From assembly GCA_002366715.1 (NCBI GenBank), contig DFBS01000008.1:103282-167281 (forward strand): a DNA stretch of 64,000 bases, read 5' to 3'. Numbering within the stretch: position 1 is the stretch's first letter; each line of letters begins with the position of its first letter. Both the position numbers and the translations under genes were made by a program. The stretch is from Halomonas sp. UBA3074 (lineage in GTDB: Bacteria; Pseudomonadota; Gammaproteobacteria; Pseudomonadales; Halomonadaceae). This document shows positions 10,276 through 18,697 of this stretch, piece after piece. The notes under the pieces are model-generated. The model searched no databases. It was not told the origin of the DNA and was given only the letters and a program-made list of their open reading frames with translations.

Positions 10276-11151
10276 TCAATAAGGCTGCGGAATCTCGCCG
10301 TCGTCGTCATCATCGCGCATACGCGCTTGGCGTTCCGCCTCTTCCTCTTTGGCATCGTCGATAACTTCCATCAACTCATCGACGTTAGCGATATGGGTGT
10401 CCGCATCGAAGTGGCCGGTGAGCTTGCTATCCGGATGTAATTCACCGGTTTCATACAGCGCCCACATCTCTCTGCCATATTCGGTGCTCAAAAGCGCGGG
10501 AGCGAACTGGCCGAAGTAATTGCGCATGTTATCCACATCGCGATAGAGCATGGCCGCCGCGCTATTGTTGCCTGCGGCGTCAACGGCCTGGGGCAGGTCG
10601 ATGATCACCGGGCCCGAGGCATCGACCAGCACGTTAAATTCTGACAGATCGCCGTGAATCAGGCCCGCACACAGCATCTTAACCACGTCTTGAATGACTT
10701 TGGCGTAGTAGGTCTCGGCCTGTTCGGGGGTTAACGTGACTTCATCCAAGCGCGGTGCCACGTTGCCTTCGGCATCGCTGATCATCTCCATCAGCAGTAC
10801 GCCGTCGACAAACCCGTGGGGCTCGGGCACGCGAACACCCGCGGAAGCAAGCCGGTAGAGGGCATCGACTTCGGCGTTGAGCCACGCCTGCTCCTGCTCT
10901 TTTTGGCCGTAACGGGTTTTTTTGGCCATCGCCCGTGAACGGCGGCTATTGCGCTCTTTACGCCCTTCCTGATACTGAACGGCCTGCTTGAAGCTGCGCT
11001 GCTTGGCCTCTTTGAATACTTTGGCACAGCGCACTTCGTCACCGCAGCGCACCACGTAGACCTGCGCCTCTTTGCCGCTCATTAACTGCACCAGCACCTC
11101 GTCAATCATGCCATCATCGACAAGCGGCTGTAATCGCTTAGGGATTTTCAT
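10276..11151 (-). CDS. RIO1-like atypical serine protein kinase (bacterial PA4780-type) with acidic C-terminal tail
   Basis: MKIPKRLQPLVDDG..SGKEAQVYVV..CAKVFK, catalytic LIHGDLSEFNVLV and metal-binding IIDLPQAV. Start placed at ATG 11151 by family N-terminus; TTG 11205 is an alternative. Confidence 0.8.
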   Translation of the reverse strand: MKIPKRLQPLVDDGMIDEVLVQLMSGKEAQVYVVRCGDEVRCAKVFKEAKQRSFKQAVQYQEGRKERNSRRSRAMAKKTRYGQKEQEQAWLNAEVDALYRLASAGVRVPEPHGFVDGVLLMEMISDAEGNVAPRLDEVTLTPEQAETYYAKVIQDVVKMLCAGLIHGDLSEFNVLVDASGPVIIDLPQAVDAAGNNSAAAMLYRDVDNMRNYFGQFAPALLSTEYGREMWALYETGELHPDSKLTGHFDADTHIANVDELMEVIDDAKEEEAERQARMRDDDDDGEIPQPY

Positions 11152-11209
11152 GGTTAGCTGCGTTGGCTCCTCTTTACGATCTGTACTATCTGAGCTTAAG
11201 GTCAATCGC

Positions 11210-12607
11210 TCAATAACGAATGCGGCGAACGCGGAAAGCCCGCCCTTTTAATTTATCACGCTCGAGCTTTGCCTGAGCTTGCTGGATGACGCCCCGCTCT
11301 ACCGCCACGTAGGCACTGCGTGCAAGCACTTTAATTTTACCCACTTGGTCACCGCTCAACCCGCCTTCGCTGGTCAGCGCGCCAAGAATATCCCCGGGCC
11401 GTAACTTGTCTTTCTTACCGCCGGCTAATTGCAGCGTTGCCATCAGCGGCTCGAACGGCACCGAGTGCTGGGGTTTCGGCAAAGGTTCGGTGGCGATAGG
11501 CTGCTCCAATAACCCTTCCAGCCGCTCCAACCGATAACTCTCTTTAGGGGTCACTAGCGTACAGGCAATGCCACTGGCCCCAGCACGGCCGGTGCGCCCT
11601 ACGCGGTGCACGTGCACATCCAGCTCGCGGGCAATCTGGTAATTGAACACGGCGTCCAGTTGGGCAATATCCAAGCCGCGGGCGGCTACGTCCGTAGCCA
11701 CCAGAATGGAGGCGCTTTGGTTAGAGAACAGAATGAGTATGCGATCGCGGTCTTTCTGCTCTAAATCGCCATTGAGCGCTACTGCACTAAACCCAGCATC
11801 CGTTAGCTGCTCGGCCACGGCCTGGGTTTCGCGTTTCGTATTGCAGAACACCACGCTGCTGGCAGGCCGATAAGCCAGCAGCAGCTGGCGCAGCGCATCA
11901 AACCGCGCCTCTTCATTGGCAACGTTATAGAAGTGCTGCTGAATCGTGCTGGCATCGTGCACTTCGGCGATTTTCACCATCACCGGCTCACGCATAACGC
12001 CCCGAGTCATTGCGGTTAGCCCGCCCGACGCTTGCTCATCGGGAAAAGTTGCGCTGAACAGCAGCGTTTGGCGATCAGTTGGCGTCTCGGCAATGATGTC
12101 ATCGATGGTCGCTTGGAAGCCCATATCCAGCATACGGTCGGCTTCATCCAACACCAGCGTCGAGAGCGATTCCAGCGTCAGCGACCCTTTGCGTAAATGC
12201 TCGTCAATACGCCCTGGCGTGCCTACCACAATATGCGCGCCATGCTCTAGAGAACCAAGCTGCGGCCCAAAGGGTGCACCGCCGCAGAGGGTGAGTATTT
12301 TGACATTGGCCATGCCGCGGGCTAAACGGCGCAGTTCTTCCGCCACCTGGTCAGCGAGTTCACGGGTGGGGCACAGCACCAAGCCTTGCACCGCAAAGCT
12401 CTCGACTCTCAATTTAGCTAGCAGCGCCAAACCAAACGCCGCCGTTTTGCCTGAGCCGGTTTTCGCCTGCGCCAGCACATCGCGTCCGGCTAGCATGGGC
12501 GGTAAGCTTTCCGCCTGCACTGGCGACATTTCATGGTAGCCAAGGGACGCAAGGTTGCTCAGCAAAGCTTTTGGCAACGCTAACGAGGAAAAAGAGGAGT
12601 CAGACAC
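11210..12607 (-). CDS. dbpA: ATP-dependent RNA helicase DbpA (DEAD-box, 23S rRNA hairpin-92 dependent)
   Basis: AQAKTGSGKT, DEADRMLDMGF, SAT and HRVGRTGRAG, plus the DbpA-type C-terminal RNA-binding domain (LRPGDILGAL..GKIKV....AYVAVE). Confidence 0.9.
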   Translation of the reverse strand: MSDSSFSSLALPKALLSNLASLGYHEMSPVQAESLPPMLAGRDVLAQAKTGSGKTAAFGLALLAKLRVESFAVQGLVLCPTRELADQVAEELRRLARGMANVKILTLCGGAPFGPQLGSLEHGAHIVVGTPGRIDEHLRKGSLTLESLSTLVLDEADRMLDMGFQATIDDIIAETPTDRQTLLFSATFPDEQASGGLTAMTRGVMREPVMVKIAEVHDASTIQQHFYNVANEEARFDALRQLLLAYRPASSVVFCNTKRETQAVAEQLTDAGFSAVALNGDLEQKDRDRILILFSNQSASILVATDVAARGLDIAQLDAVFNYQIARELDVHVHRVGRTGRAGASGIACTLVTPKESYRLERLEGLLEQPIATEPLPKPQHSVPFEPLMATLQLAGGKKDKLRPGDILGALTSEGGLSGDQVGKIKVLARSAYVAVERGVIQQAQAKLERDKLKGRAFRVRRIRY

Positions 12608-12739
12608 GATAATACCTTGCTTGGGCTACAGAAAAGCGGCCATCGGAATACAGCGTGCGCCACTGGAGAGCAAGTGACGCACAAACGTTACGGCACCATA
12701 CCAGAAAGTGCCTCGGCCTGCGCCGCCATCACAGTGAGA

Positions 12740-13207
12740 TCATGTTGCCAGCGGTACAAAAGTGGCCTGGCTCAGGCTAGCCAGATCGCGAGGCGAGAGT
12801 TCGATCTCTAACCCGCGCCGCCCGGCACTGACATAAATATTGGCAAAGGTTTCTGCGGAGCTATCGATAAACGTCACCAGACGCCGCTTTTGCCCCAGCG
12901 GGCTAACGCCACCCAGCACATAACCGGTGGTGCGCTCCACTTCCGATGGTTCGGCCATCGTTGCTTTCTTGGCGCCGGCCGCCTTGGCAATCTGCTTTAG
13001 GCCTAACTGACAATTCACCGGCACGATCCCTACCGCCAAGTGCTTTCCATCGAGCTTCACCACTAACGTTTTAAATACTTGCTCAACGGCTACGCCCAGC
13101 TTCTCCGCTGCTTCTAAACCGTAAGAGTGTGCGGTGGCGTCGTGTTCATACTCATGCAACTGAAAGGCAAAGCCTGCGTGTTTCGCGCTATGAATAGCCG
13201 GTGTCAT
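12740..13207 (-). CDS. ybaK: Cys-tRNA(Pro)/Cys-tRNA(Cys) deacylase YbaK
   Basis: 155 aa from MTPAIH. FKTLVVKLDGK and GYVLGGVSPLGQKRRL motifs typical of YbaK. Confidence 0.85.
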   Translation of the reverse strand: MTPAIHSAKHAGFAFQLHEYEHDATAHSYGLEAAEKLGVAVEQVFKTLVVKLDGKHLAVGIVPVNCQLGLKQIAKAAGAKKATMAEPSEVERTTGYVLGGVSPLGQKRRLVTFIDSSAETFANIYVSAGRRGLEIELSPRDLASLSQATFVPLAT

Positions 13208-13473
13208 GTCGCTCTCTTGATTAACGGTGTTGATACTCACCATGATGCTGATACTAACGATTATCCCGTGAGGCGAAGTACGCCTTCTTGGTTAATAGCC
13301 CGACAGGCAAAACAATGTCAACCATTGCGCCGTGGGAAGGTTTGGTGAGGCTTCTGGAAAGCTCTGCACCAGCGTCTACGCTAATAGTGCGAGGCGCCAC
13401 GCGGCAGTGCTCAAACAGGGCAATGCTCGATAGCGCAGTCGGTAAATGGAAGCTAACTGAAAGGAGTCCAGCG

Positions 13474-13659
13474 ATGCCAGCAAAATCCAAAGCGCAACAG
13501 AAAGCGGCGGGCGCGGCACTTTCCGCTAAGCGCGGCGAAACCAAGCCCAGCGAACTTTATGGTTCCTCTAAAGAGATGTATGACTCAATGAGCGAGGACG
13601 AACTAGAAGACTTCGCGAGCACCCAGCGCAAAGGGAAGCCAGAAAAGAAACAGGATTAA
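13474..13659 (+). CDS. small lysine-rich protein, DUF3008-like (61 aa)
   Basis: AAGGAG lies 7 nt upstream of ATG 13474. MPAKSKAQQKAAGAALSAKRGE N-terminus. The track's longer ORF from 13288 has no support. Confidence 0.6.
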   Translation: MPAKSKAQQKAAGAALSAKRGETKPSELYGSSKEMYDSMSEDELEDFASTQRKGKPEKKQD

Positions 13660-13675
13660 TTATCCTGTTGCCAAC

Positions 13676-13712
13676 AACGCCGCCAGCTTTCGACGCTGGC
13701 GGCGTTGGTTTT
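13676..13712 (+). terminator. rho-independent terminator between convergent genes
   Basis: Perfect 12-bp stem AACGCCGCCAGC / GCTGGCGGCGTT (13676-13687 / 13695-13706), 7-nt loop, then GGTTTT. Confidence 0.7.
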
Positions 13713-13720
13713 ACTCACGA

Positions 13721-13993
13721 TTACTGCTTGCAAGGCACCACTTTACGCAGAGTGTCTTTCGCCCATAGCGTTTGATTGTCGGGCGTACGGCCATGCTCGT
13801 TCCAGCGTTCTGCGGTTTCCAGGCAGAATGAACCGGCGCTTTCGACCGTCGCATCGCGGTTGGCAGGACGTTCACCGCCAATCCGCATCACATCGGGATT
13901 GCTGGAGGTGTAGCTTGGGGCAATGGTAGAGCTTGCACAGCCAGCGACCATAGCGGTCAGCAGCAGTACGGGTAAACAGCGGCGCAATGGCAT
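13721..13993 (-). CDS. putative lipoprotein (90 aa)
   Basis: Signal peptide ending in lipobox LTAMVAG|C. Confidence 0.6.
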   Translation of the reverse strand: MPLRRCLPVLLLTAMVAGCASSTIAPSYTSSNPDVMRIGGERPANRDATVESAGSFCLETAERWNEHGRTPDNQTLWAKDTLRKVVPCKQ

Positions 13994-14093
13994 GTTTTGA
14001 CAACCCTCAACGTATCAATATTAGCCCGACACCTATTGTCGGTAGCGCTAAATAGCACTGCCTTCGTTAATACGTCAATCTTTTTTGCATCGC

Positions 14094-14960
14094 TTAACCG
14101 GCCACCAGCGTTAAACTAGTGACTGGGCGCAGATTGAGGCGTTTACAGCGCTGCTCTACGCTGTCGACGATCTCTTGAGCGTCATTAAACTGCTGCTTGT
14201 CGAGTTGGATATCCACCATCAGAAAACTACCCACCTGAGCAAGCCGAACATCGTCGGCAGTGACGTCGAAATCGGCAATGTCTTCAACGACGTTTTGCCT
14301 TACGCTCGTGCAGGAACCACCAAACATCAGTTCACGTAGGGCGCCCTTCACCATTCTAATCGGCATGGGTAAAAAATAGCCGGCAATGATCAACACCATC
14401 ACTGGGTCGGCGAACCGTGCATAGCTTGCCCAGGGAGACTGGGTTAGCAACCAGGTCAAGCCAAACCCCAGCATGACTGCCGCACTCAACCAGGTATCCA
14501 TCTGCCATTGACGTAATTCCGCCGCTAACAATGACGAGCGAGCGGTGCGGGCATAGCGTGCCAGCCACCACCAGGTCAATAAACAGCCCGTCACGTTGAC
14601 CACGCCAAACATCAGCGCCAAATCGAGCGTCACCAGGCGGCCCCCATCCAGCAGGCTCCACAGCGCAGATACCAGCGAAACAATACAGACCATGGCGATC
14701 ACTACGCCTTTGAGCAGCACCGCAAGCGGCTCCACCGTCAGCCGCCCAAAGGGGTAGTGATCGTCGGCAGGTTTGCGTGCCTGCTTAAGGGCATAGAGCG
14801 AAAGCGATGCCAACACCAGGCTGAGCAGCGAATAGCCGCTATCAAACAGGATCGTTATTGAACCGCTGGTAAGCCCTAACGCAAGCCCGGTAAACGCAAA
14901 CAGGCTGGCTGAAATGGCTGAAAATGTTAGCGCACGGCGCTCGGCAACAAAGGGGGTCAC
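14094..14960 (-). CDS. cation diffusion facilitator (CDF) family transporter
   Basis: Six TM segments followed by a C-terminal cytoplasmic domain; DSGYSLLSL and HYPFGRLTVEPL motifs. Start placed at GTG 14960 (GGAG upstream). The track's 5' extension to 15230 overlaps the divergent LysR gene. Confidence 0.75.
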   Translation of the reverse strand: MTPFVAERRALTFSAISASLFAFTGLALGLTSGSITILFDSGYSLLSLVLASLSLYALKQARKPADDHYPFGRLTVEPLAVLLKGVVIAMVCIVSLVSALWSLLDGGRLVTLDLALMFGVVNVTGCLLTWWWLARYARTARSSLLAAELRQWQMDTWLSAAVMLGFGLTWLLTQSPWASYARFADPVMVLIIAGYFLPMPIRMVKGALRELMFGGSCTSVRQNVVEDIADFDVTADDVRLAQVGSFLMVDIQLDKQQFNDAQEIVDSVEQRCKRLNLRPVTSLTLVAG

Positions 14961-15072
14961 GCGGATAACTCCATCACATTTGGACAATTGTGCGCCATAA
15001 TAGTGAAGCATTATGACAATCACGAATCGCTGAGTGCCAAGTTTACTGGCACTCACAGCGAAAGAGGCAATT

Positions 15073-15942
15073 ATGCGCTCAGAACAAGTACAGGCCTTTA
15101 TCGATGTCACCGAACACGGCTCTTTCGCCGCCGCTGCACGGCATACCGGCGTGAAGCGCAGCACCTTGAGCGCCGCCGTCAATGCGCTGGAAGATAGCCT
15201 GGGCGTGGCACTGTTCGAGCGCTCAGGCAATAGCCTGACGCTGACCGCCGTGGGCGATAGCGTGCTCCCCGACTGCTACCGGCTGTTAACCAGCGCCAGC
15301 CGAATCAAAAAGCACTGTCATCAGCATTTACAAGGCGTTGAGAGCCAGCTTGGCATTGCCCGGGATGACGCCTTACCCGAAGTGTTTTGGCGCCAGGTGA
15401 TGCATGATTTAAAGCAGCAGTTTCCGCTAACGGCGCTGTCGGTTTATTTAGTGCCGCCTCAGGAGCATGCGCAATTTGTGCAGCGCCAAACGGTGGATAT
15501 TGCCTTCGGCCTGTATACCGCTGAGGGCATCGACGCCAACGCCGCCAATCTTGCTCCCGTGAGTATGCGTTTAGTGGCGGCCCCCCAACATCCGCTGAGT
15601 CGCTTACCCAGCGTTAACCGCGATGATCTGGCCCAGTACACTCAGGTGTGTTTAACCCACGTGCAGGATGACAAGCTGATCAGCGAAGCGCTGTTTTCGG
15701 GCAATTATCTTGGGCTCACCATGTTCGAAGTGATTCGTGATGCCGTTATCAATGCCACCGGCTGGGCGCTGCTGCCTTATCCGTTGGTTAAAAGCGCATT
15801 GGAAAGTGGGACGCTGTGTACCCTTAACCATGATCTCGTGCTGGATAGCCACTACTACCGGTACGTGGAGAGTGATAACCGCGGGGTGGTGGCCACTGCG
15901 CTACTCAACAAGGTCGCCCATTTTTTGGCCACGCTGCATTAA
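15073..15942 (+). CDS. LysR family transcriptional regulator
   Basis: N-terminal wHTH: MRSEQVQAFIDVTEHGSFAAAARHTGVKRSTLSAAVNALEDSLGVALFER. AAAGAGG lies 5 nt upstream of ATG 15073. Confidence 0.85.
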   Translation: MRSEQVQAFIDVTEHGSFAAAARHTGVKRSTLSAAVNALEDSLGVALFERSGNSLTLTAVGDSVLPDCYRLLTSASRIKKHCHQHLQGVESQLGIARDDALPEVFWRQVMHDLKQQFPLTALSVYLVPPQEHAQFVQRQTVDIAFGLYTAEGIDANAANLAPVSMRLVAAPQHPLSRLPSVNRDDLAQYTQVCLTHVQDDKLISEALFSGNYLGLTMFEVIRDAVINATGWALLPYPLVKSALESGTLCTLNHDLVLDSHYYRYVESDNRGVVATALLNKVAHFLATLH

Positions 15943-16149
15943 CCCGCCCTCCTACTGTCGGAGGCGACTGACACATCGTTGAAATCTTTTTTGTGGCGAA
16001 AAACGCTAAAGCCTTCCACGCTATTAAAAAGTGCTAAATAAGGAGCCGCCAGGACACGCCACGTGAGGGAGACACAGGCAAGTGTCATCTAGGCGTAATA
16101 CGCACCTGCCAGTGTCGAAGTTGCCGTCAACCAAGGAGTGATTCCAACG

Positions 16150-17559
16150 ATGGTACGACTCGATAAGAAAGCCACTCGGCTGTATGTGTTGGACACTAAT
16201 GTCCTCATTCATGACCCCGCCGCGCTTTATCACTTTGATGAGCACGATGTTGTTATCCCCATGACTGTGCTGGAGGAACTTGATAAGCACAAAAACGGTG
16301 TTCGTGAAATCGCTCGCACGGCTCGCCAAATCAGCCGTACGCTCTCTGACCTTACTAGCCAAGTCACCTTTGATGAGATTCAACGTGGTATTCCCATTCC
16401 TCGGATCAGCGGCGAATCAGGACGCCTGCACTTCTTATGCTATAACGACTTAAAGCTTTTTGATGCCCTCGACGACAGCCCTGACAACCGCATACTGGCC
16501 GAAACCTGCCGCCTTCGCGAAGAACGCCCCGACGCCTCCGTCATCCTAGTCACCAAAGATATCAACCTGCGCGTTAAAGCCGCTGCACTGAAAGTACCGG
16601 TTGAGGATTACCTCAATGATCGCGCTTTCTCCGACAGCGACGCTATGATCGAAGGCGCCCAGGTTTACGCATCCGCAGGCCATGACGGTGCGTCTCTGTG
16701 GGAAACGCTGAATGTCGATGTGACCGTTGAGCGCGTTGGCCACCACACTTTCTACCAGCTCACTGGCAATATGCCCCGCCAATGGCACGTTGGGATGCTC
16801 GTTTCGGATAGCGAAAACGGCGCCGAGTTTGAAGCCATCATTCGCGAACTGGGGCCCTCCTCGGCGCGTCTGCAATTACTTACCAACTACCGCCACCATG
16901 CAGGTGTCTGGGGTGTACACGCTCATGACAGCCGACAAAACTTCACCCTGAACCTACTCATGGACCCCGATATCGATCTGGTCACCATTGCGGGTAATGC
17001 CGGTACCGGTAAAACCTTTATGACCCTGGCGGCCGCTTTTCAGCAAACGCTGGATGCCAAGCTGTTTGAACGCATTGTGTTTACTCGCGCGCCGATCCCC
17101 ATGGGCGAAGATATCGGCTTTCTACCCGGCACCGAAGAGGAGAAAATGTCGCCGTGGATGGGCGCCTTCCATGACAATATGGATAACCTGTTGCGCAATG
17201 AAGAGGGGGAATCAAGCTGGGACAATGGCGCGACGCGGCAATTGATTGGTTCGCGGGTACAAATACGTTCGCCAAGTTTTATGCGTGGACGCACGTTAAA
17301 CGACACTTTCTTAATCATTGATGAGGCGCAAAACTTCACGCCCAAACAGCTCAAGTCGCTGGTCACCCGGGCGGGGCGTAATACGAAAATTGTCTGTTTA
17401 GGTAACGTTGGCCAAATCGACACTCCCTACCTAACGGCCAACACCTGCGGCATGGCGGCTGTCGTGGAGCGCTTCCGCGACTGGCCTCACGCAGGGCACA
17501 TTACGTTGAAGAGTGTCGAACGTTCGCGCTTGGCACTGGCAGCCGAAGAGCTTCTTTAA
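16150..17559 (+). CDS. PIN-domain / PhoH-like ATPase fusion protein (YlaK/PhoH2 type)
   Basis: PIN motif YVLDTNVLIHDP..IPMTVLEELD. PhoH-like P-loop GNAGTGKTF and Walker B FLIIDEAQN. Confidence 0.9.
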   Translation: MVRLDKKATRLYVLDTNVLIHDPAALYHFDEHDVVIPMTVLEELDKHKNGVREIARTARQISRTLSDLTSQVTFDEIQRGIPIPRISGESGRLHFLCYNDLKLFDALDDSPDNRILAETCRLREERPDASVILVTKDINLRVKAAALKVPVEDYLNDRAFSDSDAMIEGAQVYASAGHDGASLWETLNVDVTVERVGHHTFYQLTGNMPRQWHVGMLVSDSENGAEFEAIIRELGPSSARLQLLTNYRHHAGVWGVHAHDSRQNFTLNLLMDPDIDLVTIAGNAGTGKTFMTLAAAFQQTLDAKLFERIVFTRAPIPMGEDIGFLPGTEEEKMSPWMGAFHDNMDNLLRNEEGESSWDNGATRQLIGSRVQIRSPSFMRGRTLNDTFLIIDEAQNFTPKQLKSLVTRAGRNTKIVCLGNVGQIDTPYLTANTCGMAAVVERFRDWPHAGHITLKSVERSRLALAAEELL

Positions 17560-17570
17560 CCCCACCGACG

Positions 17571-17602
17571 CCCGCCCCTGTTAGGGGCGGGATTCATTTT
17601 TT
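17571..17602 (+). terminator. rho-independent terminator after the PIN-PhoH gene
   Basis: Stem CCCGCCCCT / AGGGGCGGG with 3-nt loop, followed by ATTCATTTTTT. Confidence 0.75.
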
Positions 17603-17629
17603 CATCGCTCCGGCCAATGCTGGGGTTAC

Positions 17630-18616
17630 TTACTCCTTCTCGTCATCTTCGGTGACGTCTTTCCACGGCCGTGGCGTGCCTACGGTATCGGCGGCAAAGG
17701 CTTCGCGTTGGCCTAACGGGCGCGACTCGCCAATGGTGGTGTCGTTGTAGGTTTGGCGCTCCATTTCACAGTTCACCTCCGCCCCGAATAGCACCACAAA
17801 GGCAGAGAGCCAAAACCAGATCATTAGTGCCACCACGGCCCCAAGCGAGCCGTAAAGCTCACTAAAGGTAGAGAAATAACGTACATAGAGTGACAGCCCA
17901 CCGGAACCTAACAGCCACATCACCGTCGCTAGCAGCGTGCCATAGCTAAGCCAACTCCACTGCGCCGACCGCCGATAGGGTGCATAGCGATACAGCAGCG
18001 CGATCAGCATACTCATGATCACCAGTAGCGCTGGCCAACGCAGCCACTGCAAAATCTTGTTTAACGGCGGGTCGATCGCCAGGCTATTGACCACCACCGG
18101 CACAAGGGCAATAAAGCCCAATGAGATCAAGGTCATGATAATCAGCCCAAAGGTCAGCGATACCAGCACCGTGCTGCGGTGTAAGAGGCTGCGCTTTTCG
18201 GTTTCGCCATACACCACGTTAAGCCCAATCACCAACACCCCTACCCCTTTGGAGGCAATAAACATCGCAATCAGCAGCCCCACCAAAGCACCGAAAAAGT
18301 TACCCGACTCTGCGCTCTCCACCACATCCTGAGCCTGCTGATCAATCAGTTCGGCCGCATCGGGTGGCATAAAACGACTAATTTCATAGAGCTGCTGGCC
18401 TGCCTCGTAGGGGTCAAACAACAAGCCCCAGAGCGAAATCACCGCCGCGATGGTAGGAAACAGTGCCAATAACGCATAGAACGCCACGCCAGCGGCCAGC
18501 ATGGTAATGCGGTGACGGCGCGCGGCGCGCATCACACGCCATGCAATGTCGTACCAACCGCGCTGAGGTATATCACCCGGCACAAGAGCGCGACGGCCAC
18601 GCGCGAGTTTACCCAC
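17630..18616 (-). CDS. YihY/BrkB (virulence factor BrkB) family inner-membrane protein
   Basis: N-terminal MLAAGVAFYALLALFP and YGSLGAVVALMIWFWLSAFVVLFGAE motifs. Confidence 0.85.
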   Translation of the reverse strand: MGKLARGRRALVPGDIPQRGWYDIAWRVMRAARRHRITMLAAGVAFYALLALFPTIAAVISLWGLLFDPYEAGQQLYEISRFMPPDAAELIDQQAQDVVESAESGNFFGALVGLLIAMFIASKGVGVLVIGLNVVYGETEKRSLLHRSTVLVSLTFGLIIMTLISLGFIALVPVVVNSLAIDPPLNKILQWLRWPALLVIMSMLIALLYRYAPYRRSAQWSWLSYGTLLATVMWLLGSGGLSLYVRYFSTFSELYGSLGAVVALMIWFWLSAFVVLFGAEVNCEMERQTYNDTTIGESRPLGQREAFAADTVGTPRPWKDVTEDDEKE

Positions 18617-18697
18617 AGTGGCTTCCTAACAAGCACTTGCCTGGTTTGCTTAATGCTATTAAGGGCGTGACGACTAACTGTTTTCCTAATATCTCTC

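Noticed and set aside
11946-12539. 197-aa ORF antisense to dbpA. Similar long alternative-frame or antisense ORFs occur at 19848-20360, 22546-23244, 44561-45010 and 47447-49352.
   Set aside because: They lie wholly inside well-supported genes. Their Arg/Ala/Pro/Ser-rich, low-complexity composition is typical of stop-codon-poor off-frames in GC-rich DNA, and they have no RBS.
14961-15230. 5' extension of the CDF transporter ORF (378-aa version in the track).
   Set aside because: The extension overlaps the divergent LysR gene and its promoter region and has non-membrane, low-complexity sequence. GTG 14960, with a GGAG upstream, gives a normal CDF N-terminus.
16150-17559. PIN-PhoH fusion considered as a toxin-antitoxin or defence module.
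   Set aside because: It is a single conserved housekeeping-type YlaK/PhoH2 gene with its own terminator. It has no adjacent antitoxin-like small ORF or island context.
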